DNA of 64,000 bases from Iphione sp. A-MEVVRFRX5 (taxonomy: Eukaryota). The notes beneath the pieces were generated by a model. It had not been told where the DNA came from. It saw only the letters and a list, made by a program, of their open reading frames with translations, and ran no database searches. The stretch is from contig OZ320322.1 in the NCBI GenBank assembly GCA_976226885.1, positions 38,192,001 to 38,256,000 of the forward strand. The letters run 5' to 3'. Below are positions 14,508-27,928 of the stretch, one piece after another. Made by a program: the position numbers and the translations under genes. Position 1 is the first letter of the stretch. Each line of letters opens with the position of its first letter.

Positions 14508-17500
14508 CGAAAGGGCGCTCTGGTTTAGTGATGAGTTGCTGTCATAAAGTAGACACTGTCCAGGGCGCGCACCGCGTCAGCGGTCTGAAAACTTAATTTG
14601 ACCAAATCATAGTCTTTCGTTCGTTTAATGGCCACTTATCCATCCTAACACGTCCACACCTTTGACGGAAAAAAATGTAAAATTTCGAAAGCATAATTCA
14701 GGCGTTTTAACCCTGTACATAATTCACATTTCAACGAACCTTTTAAGATGAAAGCATCAATTCCTCAGCAAACAGTCGTGTAAAAATGTTTAGATGGCAC
14801 TTTATAGTATTTGCAGCATTATATACACTAACAGCAGTTTGTTTCAGTAAACCTGCCACAATATTGTCGATTTAAGGGAACAGAGTGCCCATTACAATAC
14901 ATATTCATGAGACCAGAGTCATGTGACTGAGGCTTCGGAAGACGGGAGAGTGGGAGTTAGCCTTAGACCGAAATGCATTCTGTTTCCATTGGTCAGTGTC
15001 TGGTTAACGACACTTTAATGCTCCTTTGCCTACCCCGGTGGGTGGGGGCTTGAGATGGGAGGGCGGAGGAGGCGTGGCTACTGACGCCAATCACGTTTAG
15101 AAAGAGGGTCCACTTTTCTCACCTGCGTGTGTGAACGAGGGCGTGCCCTCGCCAACTACACCGCAACCTCCAATACTTAGGGCTTTTTAGGGCGCCAAGT
15201 TATATACCAACAGGTCAACGAGGTCTAGGGATGTTGAGGATTGATTAGGGGGTCTATAGTGACGGGGAAAACATGCACACGGGTCATACATCTTAGGGCA
15301 CACAGCAGCCTTTGGCCAGGGGCTAGTGATAACCCACACGCTACGTTCTCTTTATTGCCCGACAGGGACGCTATGTATACGTCCATCTGTGGTATATAGG
15401 TAAGCATGTAGGACGTCTGTTTATTTCCAACAATCATAACCCCTTCAACTTGTGAAAAGGGGAAAAGGGATTGGTTGATGTGGGTTGCGTGGGCAAGAGG
15501 AATGGAAAACCGGTGTACCCATCCCCCTCCCACTTCATCCCGTACCTACTTGTTAGAGCCTTATAATGAACCCATTGTTCGGCATCACCTGGCAGGTGCG
15601 ACAAGGATGGTACCTTAGTGTTAGCAAAGTCCCTCCAGGGTCACAAGGGAAGGCGATGGCGTGAGAGTGTCCCATAGATCCCCAGGTCGTGGACTATCTC
15701 CTCAGTTTGACAGCAAAAGACCCGTCCCATTGTGACCGTGTTGGACGTTTAACACCTGTTTTATGATTCAGTGTTACTGCAAGTCGCGCACCGACGGTCG
15801 TCAGGGCGAACGCTTCATCGACGCATGAGGCATTGGTCTGTATTGCTGGGGAAAAGGTCAAACTGCTGAGTAAGCACTTCAGCCTTTGACTCTATAAGGA
15901 CACCCATATTGTACCGTATTTGCGAACAATTTGATTACTTCTGATTTATTCCTGAAATTCCGTTCAACGATATCAAATTTGCTAAGTGTGAAATGAATGC
16001 TCTCCCAAACCCACTAGATATCTTATTCACACGTTGATCATAGCTCAGAGGGTAGACTACAAGGAAATATTCATGTCATTGCATAACAAATGAAATCAGA
16101 CAATGCCATAACATATTGCTTAGGTGGGGGTCTAAGGTTTTAACTGCCCTTATGTACCATATGCTGGACTGTAGCAATTATTTCTCCCTTCGTTCGTCTA
16201 CTTTAGTGTTGCCGTCGAGAAGAAAAACCTCATCACTAGAGTGCGGGATTTTCAAAGAAAACAGTCCTGCGGATAGCATACCTATCTGAGAGAATGGACC
16301 TATCCCTAGACTGGTTATCTAAAAAAAGTGCTATCGTTATTAAAGAGTTTAAAACACCGTTTGCTTCGAATCACTCCATCGAGCACTGTTTGTTTTTCTT
16401 TCTAAAGTTAGGGGATGACATGGAAATTATTTAATCAGGGCAACAGCATGTATGTTAATGATCATAATGTGTGCTTACCTATAACATATCACGATAGATC
16501 CCAATAGCTCCATCTGTCTCATTTTCCATCTGTTTCCTGTGTGTTATTTATCCTTATGTCTTATCCTTTATATCGTACTTCTTTGTCCTATCAATTTCTA
16601 TCCCTGTCGACGTGCTAAACCTCATGTTTCCTCTAGCTACCTCCTGCCTTTATATTTAAACCTCCCCCAAGTCATTCCATCTGTCCTTCTGTCGTCTTGC
16701 TGTCTGTATTTCTATCTGTCACTCTATCTTTTCCATCCTATTCATACAGTTTTTTTTACCCTTTTGTAGCGACGTCACCAAGTTTTGCACAGGTGCCTCC
16801 TGCACAAATGGAAAACCGCCATTTTCGGGGGCATTAAAATGTCGCGCGTTCCATTGTCGGCATCTTACGTCGCCAGGGACCGCCACCAACTCATAAAAAT
16901 GTCACCATCACTTGACAGAGCTGACAGCTCAGGATAATCCCTGATCAAACTTGTTCCAATTCGCGCCTTCTTAATTTCAAGATTATCGGGAAAAAAATAT
17001 TAATTTTCATCAGATCCGCTATCTCATCTCGTGAAAACGACGTTATGCCTCTCTTGTTCTCCATCAAATCAGAGTCTTTGCAAAATTCCTAAACTTTACC
17101 CAAAAGAACTGGCGAAAATTGAAAGATTAGTGACCGTGGCTATTTTTTCTAAAAAGTTTGTTTTAAGCTTCCAGGCGTCCTCTCTAACTGGCAGGAAACC
17201 GACAAAGGCAGATGTCTTCCTTTGGGCGGGGGTGGCGGGAGGGCGGACGTAGGATAAATATTCAATTTCTTTTCATCAGGGGGATACATTACAGGGGATA
17301 AGGAGGTAGAGAGAAACTTAATACACTAGTAAGAAAAGGGGAAGAGATGACCTTGGAGGGGAAAGTATAAAGTCAAACTCTGGATGACGCACAGTTTTCA
17401 AATGGTGACATGTCGATCGTTGTGTTTCAAACGTGCAGGAAATAATGATTATGATTTCCTAAAAAAAATACCCAAAGTTTCATGATGAGCACTTATCCCA

Positions 17501-19233
17501 AATCTCCGCTGGATTGCTTTTTACTCCAAATAAATAGGTACACAAGCATTGGTAATTACGAAAAATGATTGATATCTGTGCCCACTCGTTACCAACTCCT
17601 CGTGTAACTGACTATACAGCTATACTTTGTCCACTTTGAGCCGCACCAAGACTGTATCCAGGTATATAATTGAATAGAGTATTGAATTATTGTCAGTAAG
17701 TGGCATAAACTGTACTTACTTTAAAGAGGTAACAGGTGGATTATTGACGGCTTTTAGACATGATAGTATTAGCTGTTCCATGACAGAAAGAAGACTTTTT
17801 TAACCTAAAGAGATGCGATGGTTCCTACGATAACGTGTTGACGCCAGATTACGAAAGCAGATTTATAATAGTTTATCATGAGATCACGGACGGATATACA
17901 TATTATCCTTTTTTAATGGAAAAGATAAATGTCGGACAAAATGCTAAAATATTTTGGCAAAACCTATCGAATATGCAATGTCCTGCGGCGCCAGAGAATA
18001 AAAAATGAAAGACTATACCTCCTTTGCCACAGGGCATGGATACATTTTTACATTATCTCTTCGGAATGCTGCATGAATGTTACTAACGTCTACCTTTTCT
18101 GGTCTTCTTCGTCACCATTATCTCTGGTGTGGTGAATCTCTTAGTATATTCTGTTACGCGTCTTGACCCTTTCCGAAACGGAGTTATAAGAAGAAGTCAC
18201 ATCAGACTAATACTTAGGTCTAACACACTAATGCCGGCATATCAACTACAGTATATTTAAAATATTTTCAGGGGCAAGCTAAAATTACTTTTTTCTTCCA
18301 TCTTAATCAAAATATGAACATGAGCTAGAACTGATTAAACATGTCCTGAGAAATTGTGCAAACAAAGTTGGAAAGACATAGTTTGAAAATACACGCACAT
18401 ATGTACATATGAATTAATATCAAAATTTACTTGAACATGAGTGCATACTTTTACCTAGTGGGATTGGAGCCTTTTGTATGTAACGTGTATCATTTATACA
18501 CAACAACATCTAGGTCCTTCATAGGTCTTCTTCGTTCTTTTAATATGCATGTCAGTTTTATCTCAAAAGAAAATTCACATAAAACGAAAGTAAGCACCTT
18601 TCAGGGGGACGCAAATACTTTTATTCTTGTCTATTCTTACTGTTATCCCTTCCTTTTACCGTGGATTCTCTCTGTAAATATTGCTGATACGCTATTCGTG
18701 GGTGTCTTTTAAAAGTGTCGTGCTATCAATCTTAAGCGGATAAAGGTGGGAACACCTTACGTGAAATGTCGGGTACGGCCCGTCACGCAAAGTGAATGAA
18801 CTTGGGGTGCTACAGATGAAACAGGTATCCTGGAGGTGGGGGGATCCCACTCGGGATCCAGGGCTTCAGGTAAAGGCACACCTGGTGTGTGAGATCGGGA
18901 TGGCCACAGATGAACGTACGGAAAGATCATATGTAAAGGTAAGGGACGCCATGTTTTTTAACGACAAACTGATTCAGAGACGCGTGGAAGTTTTGTCGTG
19001 TTTGGTTTTTTTCGGTTTACGCAACGTGTCCATCTGTGTGGCTGGCGAACCAGTCGGTGTTCCTGAGCGCGATCAGTCTAACAGTTCATCTTTCAGCAAC
19101 TGGCATCAAATATCCATCATTGCATCGTTTTCTCCATATGTTGTCTTTTCTATCCCTTCGTCCGTCCATCCGTCTGTCTGCCTGTCTGGTTTTCTCTGTC
19201 TATAAGTAAAGCTAGCGGTCGGACCTGCCCCCC

Positions 19234-19236
<3 letters not shown>

Positions 19237-19294
<58 letters not shown>
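19237..19294. repeat. (CT)n microsatellite, about 29 units
   Basis: Direct reading. Confidence 0.97.
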
Positions 19295-19296
<2 letters not shown>

Positions 19297-19559
19297 CTCA
19301 ATGTCGCAGCGAATTTGTTCGAGTTGGTTGGGGGCCATTTATAATCTGAAAATATTACCTGCATGATTCTTTGGTACGTCATTGTCAGATTTCAATAATC
19401 TCATATTCAATTTTGTCTTTAAACAGGTTCATCCCTTCCCCTACAAAATCGTGCGGTACTTTGAAAAACAAAACAGAAACTCCTTTACAAATTTAAACCT
19501 ATAGAAGCATGATTAAAACTTTTGAAGACGCTTTGGCAAAACTATGTAACAATAATCAC

Positions 19560-19760
19560 CTAACTATATATATGCAAAAAATATGTTCGTGTTCCTGCCC
19601 AATACAGAGCAGAGTACTCCGTCAAACTGCTTTGTAATGCAGACAGGCTGGTGCCGTGACTGCGCGTCCCGCACAGAGGGGCAGGACTGGTACCGTCCCC
19701 CGCGACCGGCAACGTGTCGGGCGCGGTTCGCAGGGCGGCATCTTGGCTGGCCTGCCCGAC
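19560..19760 (-). other. Possible internal exon (GC-rich patch) entered in phase 0
   Basis: Acceptor tatgtctgttcgcacag|GTC; the phase-0 frame is open for 66 codons (VGQASQDAALRTAPDTLPVAGDGTSPAPLCGTRSHGTSLSALQSSLTEYSALYW...). No convincing donor, and all three minus frames are open here. Confidence 0.2.
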
Positions 19761-22700
19761 CTGTGCGAACAGACATAGAGAACAGTCGACGTATTATTAA
19801 CATTTTCACCTCGAAAATGTCGTCCCTGTCCGTCTGTAGATTTACTTGCACCATTGGGTATCAATCTGGGCCTCTTGCGTTTCGTTCCCTGTTAAACATT
19901 TCGTCCCAAATAATTATTATTCTTCTCGTTCAAAGGAAACTTGTCAGCGTTCGTCGGAATGATTTCTGTTGATAAAGCTCCGCCCTACCGACCATTTCTC
20001 ATTGTTACATTTCGCATCTCTCATAATTACTTTTAATTCAGTATATGGAAATCAAAGCAATAAAGATAGATGCAAGCAGATTGTATCTAAACGCATCCTG
20101 ACCGAAGTTCGGCAAGATATGGCCGCATCCAAAAGAGAAGGAATATAGAACAATACTGTATGCCGTCATTATTCTATTCTAGTTCTTCTTATCTCCCTGT
20201 TTTGTATGTATGTATTCGATATAAAAAGCAGGATGAATGGGAAAAGGTAGGTGGGAAAGAAAACAATGATCTGCATTTGAAACGGCCTTGTTCGAATAAA
20301 TAAATAGATCTATAAAGATATTTCCCTCTGTAAAGAAACGCTGACTTGGATTGTATATGAAAGAAGAGATTTGTTCTGCAACCATCAAACCTAATTCAAG
20401 TTGAACAAACTTTCCTGATATGTGAATGTGTCTGTTGATCAATGATTGAAACTAACTACCGCAGATATGGACGCTGCATAGCAATTTGGCAAGGAAATAA
20501 AAGTACGTGGAATATTTTATCTGCTTGGTGGCTATCTGGAGAGGCACTATGCAGTATTTGGAGCACTAAATTGGCAGAGTTTCTCTGTTTTCCTTCTTGA
20601 CTACATAGTGAGAACATGCCTGACAATATTTCCGCAAAATTACTTATCTTGTAATAAAATGAAACAATACATCATGGTAAATGACATTTTAATAATGTGT
20701 GATGATTACCCATTGTCGAGTTTTCGATGGATTTTATATCTTACCTATGGATTCACCCCAAATAGGTTAAAGTAAATCATTTAAAATGCAAAATTATCAA
20801 AATTACCTTTTACTTTCTGCAGTCGTATACATTGATTGTAACGATTTTGCCACGTTACATTTTAAAATTTCATCCCAGTAAATGTTACAAATAAACAGTT
20901 TGTTGGGGTTGCTCCCAGTAATATACTTAGTAAAAGTTACCAAGGGAATGATATTCCTATGGACTTATATTTCCAGGGAAATGTTTTCCTAATGACAGCG
21001 CTGTATTGTACGTGGCAACTACTTTCTGAAATAGACCCTTGCATCAGAAGGATATAGTCAATGTTGTACACTGTCTTCTGACAACCATTTCAGCAATGTC
21101 ACAATATTTGTGTACAGGTATGAAAGGGAACAATAGTAACATCAAACTCTGCTCGAAACAAATATTTTGGCAACTAATAGATGATACCCACGGATAGCAC
21201 GTACTTTCTAGAGATCTTAAACTAAACTTAAGCACAACTGGGCATCATTGTTTATCTTTCTAACGTTTTTTTTCTCTATCGTGTTCGTTTGAATTAGTTG
21301 ATAATATTCAAGGCAACCGTTTTAAACAAGTCGGCCCGTTTGCTCAGTGTAGTTGTCAGAGGTGATGACTATGTCGTTTTCCTCAGTAATTAGAAACATC
21401 TTTAATTAATCGCTGTACGTTTGCTTTTCATGCATATGTACAATATGTAACCCTAGTGGAAACCAAAATGAACCCTTGTGGTAAGGAAAAAGGTTTACTA
21501 AGCGTATCATTTAGTGAATTGGTACTTTCCAAAATGTTACTTTCAAAAGTTGCCTCCTAATCCAACATGCGAAAACTGAATACTCATGTAGAGGAGTCAC
21601 AATGTAGCTTTGAAATGTTTATTCAAAAATCTTAGCAAGAGAAACCATGCTGTAAGCTCATACCGTCTACACGGATTGTCAAGTCGTGTCATTCCCTCAT
21701 GCAACCGTTGCTCTTTCGTTGTCAGGGCCCAATGCCTGTTGAACCATAGCTGGAAATTGCGCGTAATCATAAACAAGCCTATAATTTATAATTAAACGAG
21801 AAAAGGCATCAGATGCTTCATAAACCGCTGTCAGCTCGACTGTGTCCGCCCCTTTTGCCAAAACTTTTTTCTCTCTCCCTCCATCACGCACTCCTAAATA
21901 TCAAATTAAACGCTCTCCCGTACTTGCAAATCTTTGATGGTCCATGTTCTCACCGAAAAAGAACTTGACGTTATCTGGATTGTTTATGGTTTTTGAGCAG
22001 TCATGCGCTCAACCTTAATTGACAACAAGAACTGCGAAAGTATAGATAATCTATGTTGCTGTCCATTCATACCTTAGCCGTGATAAATCAGAGTTATTGG
22101 AAGAAGCCAGGTCCTGCCTATTGAATATGAGTCTAATAATATCACTGCCAACAGTGGCACTTACCCACAAGCAGCCGACAAAGCCCCGCAGAAATATATC
22201 GTACCAAGCAGAAAATTCTTGATATATTTTATATAACTTTCGAGATCGAGTTCAGGAACTAATACTATGTGTATATTCTAAAGACAGAAATAGAAAACAA
22301 ACGTGTTTTATTACATGAATTTACAGGAACCGACGTTTCTCTTCGCTTTTATTTTGTTTAATATTTCAGTAATTCCTTATTCAACGTTTCTCTTCCCTAC
22401 TGGACAGCCTATTTGAATAGATATATATGTATGCACCGCAATGTATTCGATATATGTGACCTGTTCTGCAATGTCGTGTATTTGCATCATTTCCAGAATC
22501 AAAATGTTTCGTTATCTAACAAAGAACAAATCAGACTTCCCTTTTTGAATGGGCACCTGGACATACAAGAGCTACCAATAGTATGGCTTACGTTTTCTTA
22601 AGCAAAATAATTATATGAAGCCACAATGTCTTTTAGTGCTACAGACGACACGAGTATTTTTAATGGATCGCGAACTCGCGAAAATTTCGCCAATTTTATA

Positions 22701-22974
22701 TTTCACCCTCGAGCGCACAGCAAAAAAAATATTTGAGAGACATTAGCGTTCAACTACAATATTTTCCTATAGTTTGGAAAGGAATGTGTCAATTATGAAG
22801 AGTTTGTAGTGAAATTAAATCGGCATTTCCCATGAACATATCAGTCTGTACGCCCAAAACTTGTCGCGACCATGGCGGCGCGGGCGCATTTTCGGCATGC
22901 CACATCATGTCGCAGATGGATATACATGTAATTGTAAAAACCCAGAGCACCGTTTGGACCTACACAAGGCTTAC

Positions 22975-23109
22975 CTGAGCCGACGAGAGGCCAAATGGAG
23001 GTAAATTTGTCCTCTGACGACGCTTAGCTTCTGAGCTGTGTTGATGTCAGCATTGAAGGTGAGTGTGGGTGGTCGCGTCCGCCGCTGCCCCGCGGCCCCG
23101 GGCCGCCAT
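22975..23109 (-). other. Exon-like GC-rich segment; ATG in frame with a phase-0 donor but interrupted by TGA at codon 21
   Basis: gggATGGCGG...TGC TGA CAT...GCTCAG|GTAAGC; translation MAARGRGAAADATTHTHLQC*HQHSSEAKRRQRTNLPPFGLSSAQ. Confidence 0.25.
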
Positions 23110-23852
23110 CCCAACCGGCGGGGGACGCGGGCGGGGCCGTCTGGGCTTCCCGAAAGGCTGTGGCGGGGCCGAGCAGGGCAGGGTGGGGCAAGGCGAGGGT
23201 AGACCTCGTATTCTGGCCTACCCCTGTGGAATTCTGACAGGCTTCTGGTCGGCCTGTGCCTCCTGATGTCTGGGGCCGGCCGTGGAGTAACCTCAATGGA
23301 GCTGTTTAAGAGAGTGCCACTAAGAAAACAGATGTGAATCTGTAGGTTCTTAGGATAAGTTTGGCTCCCTCTACGGATGAAAACGACTAAGTCGCCGACC
23401 ACACGGTTCATAAGATAGTAGGCTCTATTCTGTGAACAATTCGAGTGCAACAAAGCCGCAATTTTTTTCTGGGACTTTGAACGGCGATAATGGTATGCAG
23501 ACGTTTGATTTTATTCGAATTGTCTCCAAATTGAAAAAAAGACCATCTACAATTCTTTTTATGAGATTAGAGGACGGTCCCATGGAACTGATTGCTGGTT
23601 TATGTGATTTCAGCCGCCTATGATTAAAAGTAGTTTATACATGGTAGTGTACATGGAGGTTGATATGAGGTTTTCACTGCATAGCTCAACTATCCAAGAT
23701 GGCTGCTATACCAAGGCGGTCTAGCAGCCTCCTTCCCGATAGCCTAGCCAGCCAGACCTCCTTCCCCTCTCCTACCCCACCCCCTTAGCTCCCGCTCAAC
23801 CCCCACCCCTAGAGACAGACACGTCATCGACAGTGGGCCCCCCAGTTCGCAT

Positions 23853-23875
23853 CACGTGTCTGGCTCTGAACCAAT
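23853..23875 (+). promoter_or_regulatory. E-box-12bp-CCAAT composite
   Basis: CACGTG tctggctctgaa CCAAT. Confidence 0.45.
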
Positions 23876-25929
23876 AAGAATGTCGGAATGCTATTAGCTG
23901 TGTGCCGCTTTCCAGCCGTCTACTTCTTATCAATCAAGTTACAAGTTGCCAAACCAGTTGTATAAGCGTCTTATTGTAAACCTTATTAGACATATTGCAA
24001 TTAGATTGCTTTAAACTCAAATTTATTTTAAGTCACCCAACTGTCAACCTGCAGTGTAATGCATGCGACACTTAGAGCATTTATCGCGTATAAAGATTTC
24101 GGGATATTAAAAATTGTAGCTAAGATTGGAGAGATTAATATCAATATTAGATCACATTTACAATTATACACATAACATCATTCTTTCTTTCTACCATATG
24201 CATTTTAGAAAGGTTTTATCTTTGTATCATTACAGTAATATAGTGCTCCATAAATCTGCATAAAACAGTTATTGCATCACACTTTAATGTAATTAGCCAA
24301 ATTTTACAATCTTTTACGCGCTCTGAAACGATGTAATATCTCTCTGTAAGAGATAATGCGTTTCTAAATGTCCTCACAGAAACCTATTTTGTCGAAGGAA
24401 CAACTGAGGTACATTTATGCACCTATGGAGTGTTACCGATCATTGTATAATTTCCTTTTTATCGATTTATGACCATACACTAGTTCCTGGAAAGGCGAAA
24501 TCCGACGTATGTCTGAAAAGGCTGATCTATCTTTTTAAAAGAAGTTTGATTTGTATGAAGTATATCTGAAGCCCGTGGTATAAGATGGAAAACACCGTTT
24601 CGTGCATGAGTGTCTGTTTTCCCCTTATTTTCGTCCTATTTTCAATGGAGGCGGGGAGCGCAGGGGAGACGTTAGATATAGCACTCTATACGTCCATTAA
24701 ATCAAAGGGTAGAGGTTGGCTACACGTTCAGTTTGGAGGGATAAACACAGGAAACACTTAGTGATACAATCAGTCGGCTGATCTGGGGGCCGCGGGAAAT
24801 CAGACCTGGTGGAGCAGGCTACCCCCTCGCGGCAAGCTTAGAGATAGAGGCCACGGTTTTAAGGCCTCACTCTTGATCTCACTGACAGTCTGCTGGATCC
24901 TCGGGCGACCACCCAAATACCAAGCACCTTACCCTGGCGGCCAGTATTGGGCCTGGGTTACATCCCATTACGTTAGATTTCCCATCTGGGGATGCTTTTC
25001 AAGGACTTTCAGTGGCTACCTTCCACTTGTGTCCCATCCCAAAGGAATTTGATTCCCCACCAGCAATCTGAGGACAACCTACAGGAAATTTCAGTTGTTG
25101 AATCGCAGATGACTGAGAAATATGATCTCCTAGTTTACACATAAATGCCCTCTCAAATAGCTTCAGTTTCCCTTTGTTATATGAATGGTCTTTGCCCCCT
25201 AACTAATTTATGTTACTGTCAACTTCAACAAAGGGTTTAAGGCTGACTTTCCTTAGGTGAATGTTTTCACAGCCATAGCACCATATTTGGACCATACCAC
25301 TAACAGTGGGATAGTTTCCTAGGACCGTGTTTTCACAGTCTTGCAAACAAGCCACTTTGGCAGTGTTTGGGGATTAGGAACTTTCTAGATTTTCACAGTG
25401 CTATGGCTGTCTTAGTCATGTTTTCGGTACATGACTCTTGTGATTACATGTGACTGCCTAAGATCCTCCTGCATGTTTGACAGCCACCATATGTGGCTAG
25501 TGACACACAGATATGATCGGCTCTGATCAACCCTGATCAGGTCCTGCCAGAACATTAAAGTGTCCCAATAAGACACTTCAGAGTTCTTCAGTGTTCTAAC
25601 ATGGAAATAAAGAAAAATCTCTCAGAATGAAGGTTTTATTATGTTTTTTTCTTTACATTCTCCAACAAAATCTATCATCTATAGACCAGTATCTACTATT
25701 GGGGAAACTGTGAGAGCAAATTCTTTCTCAGGCATCGTAGCTGAGTATAATTGCATATTTACAATTTTAACTCAAACTAAAATTCCCAGAGCAAGAGCTA
25801 TGTCTGTTGTCTCTTACAATCACTCACGATTCCATTACAAAGCATGCAATAGTTAGAAGTCTCTTACAATCTCTTATAAATTATAGAAACATTATTATAC
25901 TTAAGCTAAGTTAAAATTTTGCAAAATAG

Positions 25930-27015
25930 ATGCTCTCATCCCTAGTCCTACCACGAACTTCTGCACCTCCTGTTTCCTTCAATTGTTTCCCCCTCCCACC
26001 TGCCCCAGAGCAGAAGGGTACATCTGGGAATCTGTGAAAACATGCAACTTTTTGGGCCAGGTCAAAGGTCAACTCATCATATAAAAAAGAGGTGTCACTC
26101 AGCAGCCTCACTTCAGACAAGGATACAGCATGAAAGGAAAATAATGGCCACCCCTGATCAAGTTTATGCGACCTCCTCTCATAATTGAGCCTGCAGGTTA
26201 GTAAATTTTATGTTACATTCCTTTATGACTATGTGATTTGTGTTGATAGAGCAACTGCATGCAAATGAAGAAGATTGTAAGTGATTGAGTGACATTTGTG
26301 AACAACTGTATGACTATATGATTTGCATTGATGCAATATAATCAGGTAACATGCAGACCTGCTTTGTAAGAGATTGTATTTCTAAATAGATCCTATGCTT
26401 GCAAATAAAATATTTTGTAAGAAAATGTCATTTGATAAAGATATACAATGTATTTTTTTCTGCTTCAGATGATTCAAGTACCAATTCAAACATAGAAATC
26501 ATTTGAGTGGAGAGAGGGGCAGGTGGGGAAATGCTGTCAAAGGTAGTAATGTTTTGCCTTCTTCTGATGGTCATGAATGTAAATGATTATGTTACTAATT
26601 ACATGACACATTCTAATTATCCAATGCAACATCAAGGCTATTTGACTAATTAGTGTTCTGATCATTCAAAGCAACTTCAAGGCAATGACACTAGCTCTGT
26701 AAATGTTGATGTCTTCCAGTGGATGTTAATGCACCCCAGCCTGAGCCTGGCCTTTCGTGCCACTTGCAGATGCCTCTGGATCACATGAAGGCCTTGATTC
26801 AAGAGGTGGAAAGCCTTCATGAGAAGGCTGATAGGCAATATCGTGGCCCTCAAGCAGCGCCTAGACACCAAGGACCCCAAGGACAGCCACTTGAAACTGC
26901 GGTTGATGGCATGCAAGTGGCACCTGGATGAAGCTCTGGAGGACTCTCCTTGGTGTGGAACTGGGACTACAATCTGTGATACTCTGCTCTATGTGATATT
27001 TCTTTGGCATATACG
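25930..27015 (+). pseudogene. Three-exon spliced pseudogene fragment (exons 25930-26196, 26469-26542, 26770-27015), product unknown, partly coiled-coil-like
   Basis: AG/GT-bounded exons with consistent phases (1-1, 1-0, 0-2); about 195 codons containing 3 stops and 1 frameshift. Confidence 0.45.
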
Positions 27016-27580
27016 GTGAGATTATCCAATCAAGGGTGAGAAACTGACTGTGGAAACATGTGGCATGAAATCATTTGTACCATAGTTCAACCACATTGCC
27101 TACAACCACAGGTTGAGGGTGCAATGGTTGAACTATTGTACCAAAGATATAGGATTTATACTTAAAGCCTATTCTGACAAGGAATTATAAGGGAAATGGA
27201 TGGAATTCAAAGACATTTGACTGAAAACACCAGCATCCTGTTTGATGATGATGTAAAAGTGTTGTCAATGACCACCACGTTGACTTTGTTTTTTTTTACA
27301 TTTGAGAGGAAGTGTAAATAGAGGAACATTTCCAAAATTCATTGATTCTCAAAATGATCACTCATGGTCATGTGACCTTCTATTATTTTTTAATGGTTCA
27401 AATGAAATGCCGCTATATTATATTTCAAGAGTATTTCATATGCGTTTATGTTAATATGTATATATCAAACTTCTGCATATTCAGATGGAGATGACAATTG
27501 AGTGTATTTCAATAGAATTTCAATGCTAAAGTACCGAATTGAGTGATCAAGGTACATCTCGCTATTCACAAAACCAATAA

Positions 27581-27928
27581 GGCCCAAAAAAATGTGTGTT
27601 TCTGGTAACAGCCAGCCAAAAACCTAGGTAGGGAGGGGATATTTTTTTTAGATTTCTTTCCAGTTTCTTCCTCTGGTTTTAAATGATAATAAAGGCAATA
27701 TCAACAATTTTGACCAATCTGTATAAGTTTTACAGTTTTTGTGTATTTCCATGGATTTTGTTGTTTTTCTGCTGAACTTACCAAAAACATGTGCCATGAA
27801 AACACATATCTAAGGAAATTCAGCCTTGGAAACTCTTTGGGGCCAAACAATTTTTAGGTAGGATGAGGTTTTACTAGGTAGGGGTGGGTCACCAGAAACA
27901 CACCAATTTTTTTTTGGGGGGGGGGGCC
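27581..27928. mobile_element. Non-autonomous DNA transposon (MITE), 348 bp, PIF/Harbinger- or Zator-type
   Basis: Imperfect TIRs (GGCCCAAAAAAATGTGTGTTTCTGGT... and ...ACCAGAAACACACCAATTTTTTTTTG11CC), GG termini, and TAA target-site duplication at 27578-27580 and 27929-27931. Confidence 0.75.

Noticed and set aside
23047-23049. Selenocysteine recoding of the in-frame TGA
   Set aside because: No SECIS can be assessed (the 3'UTR is outside the window) and the peptide resembles no selenoprotein.
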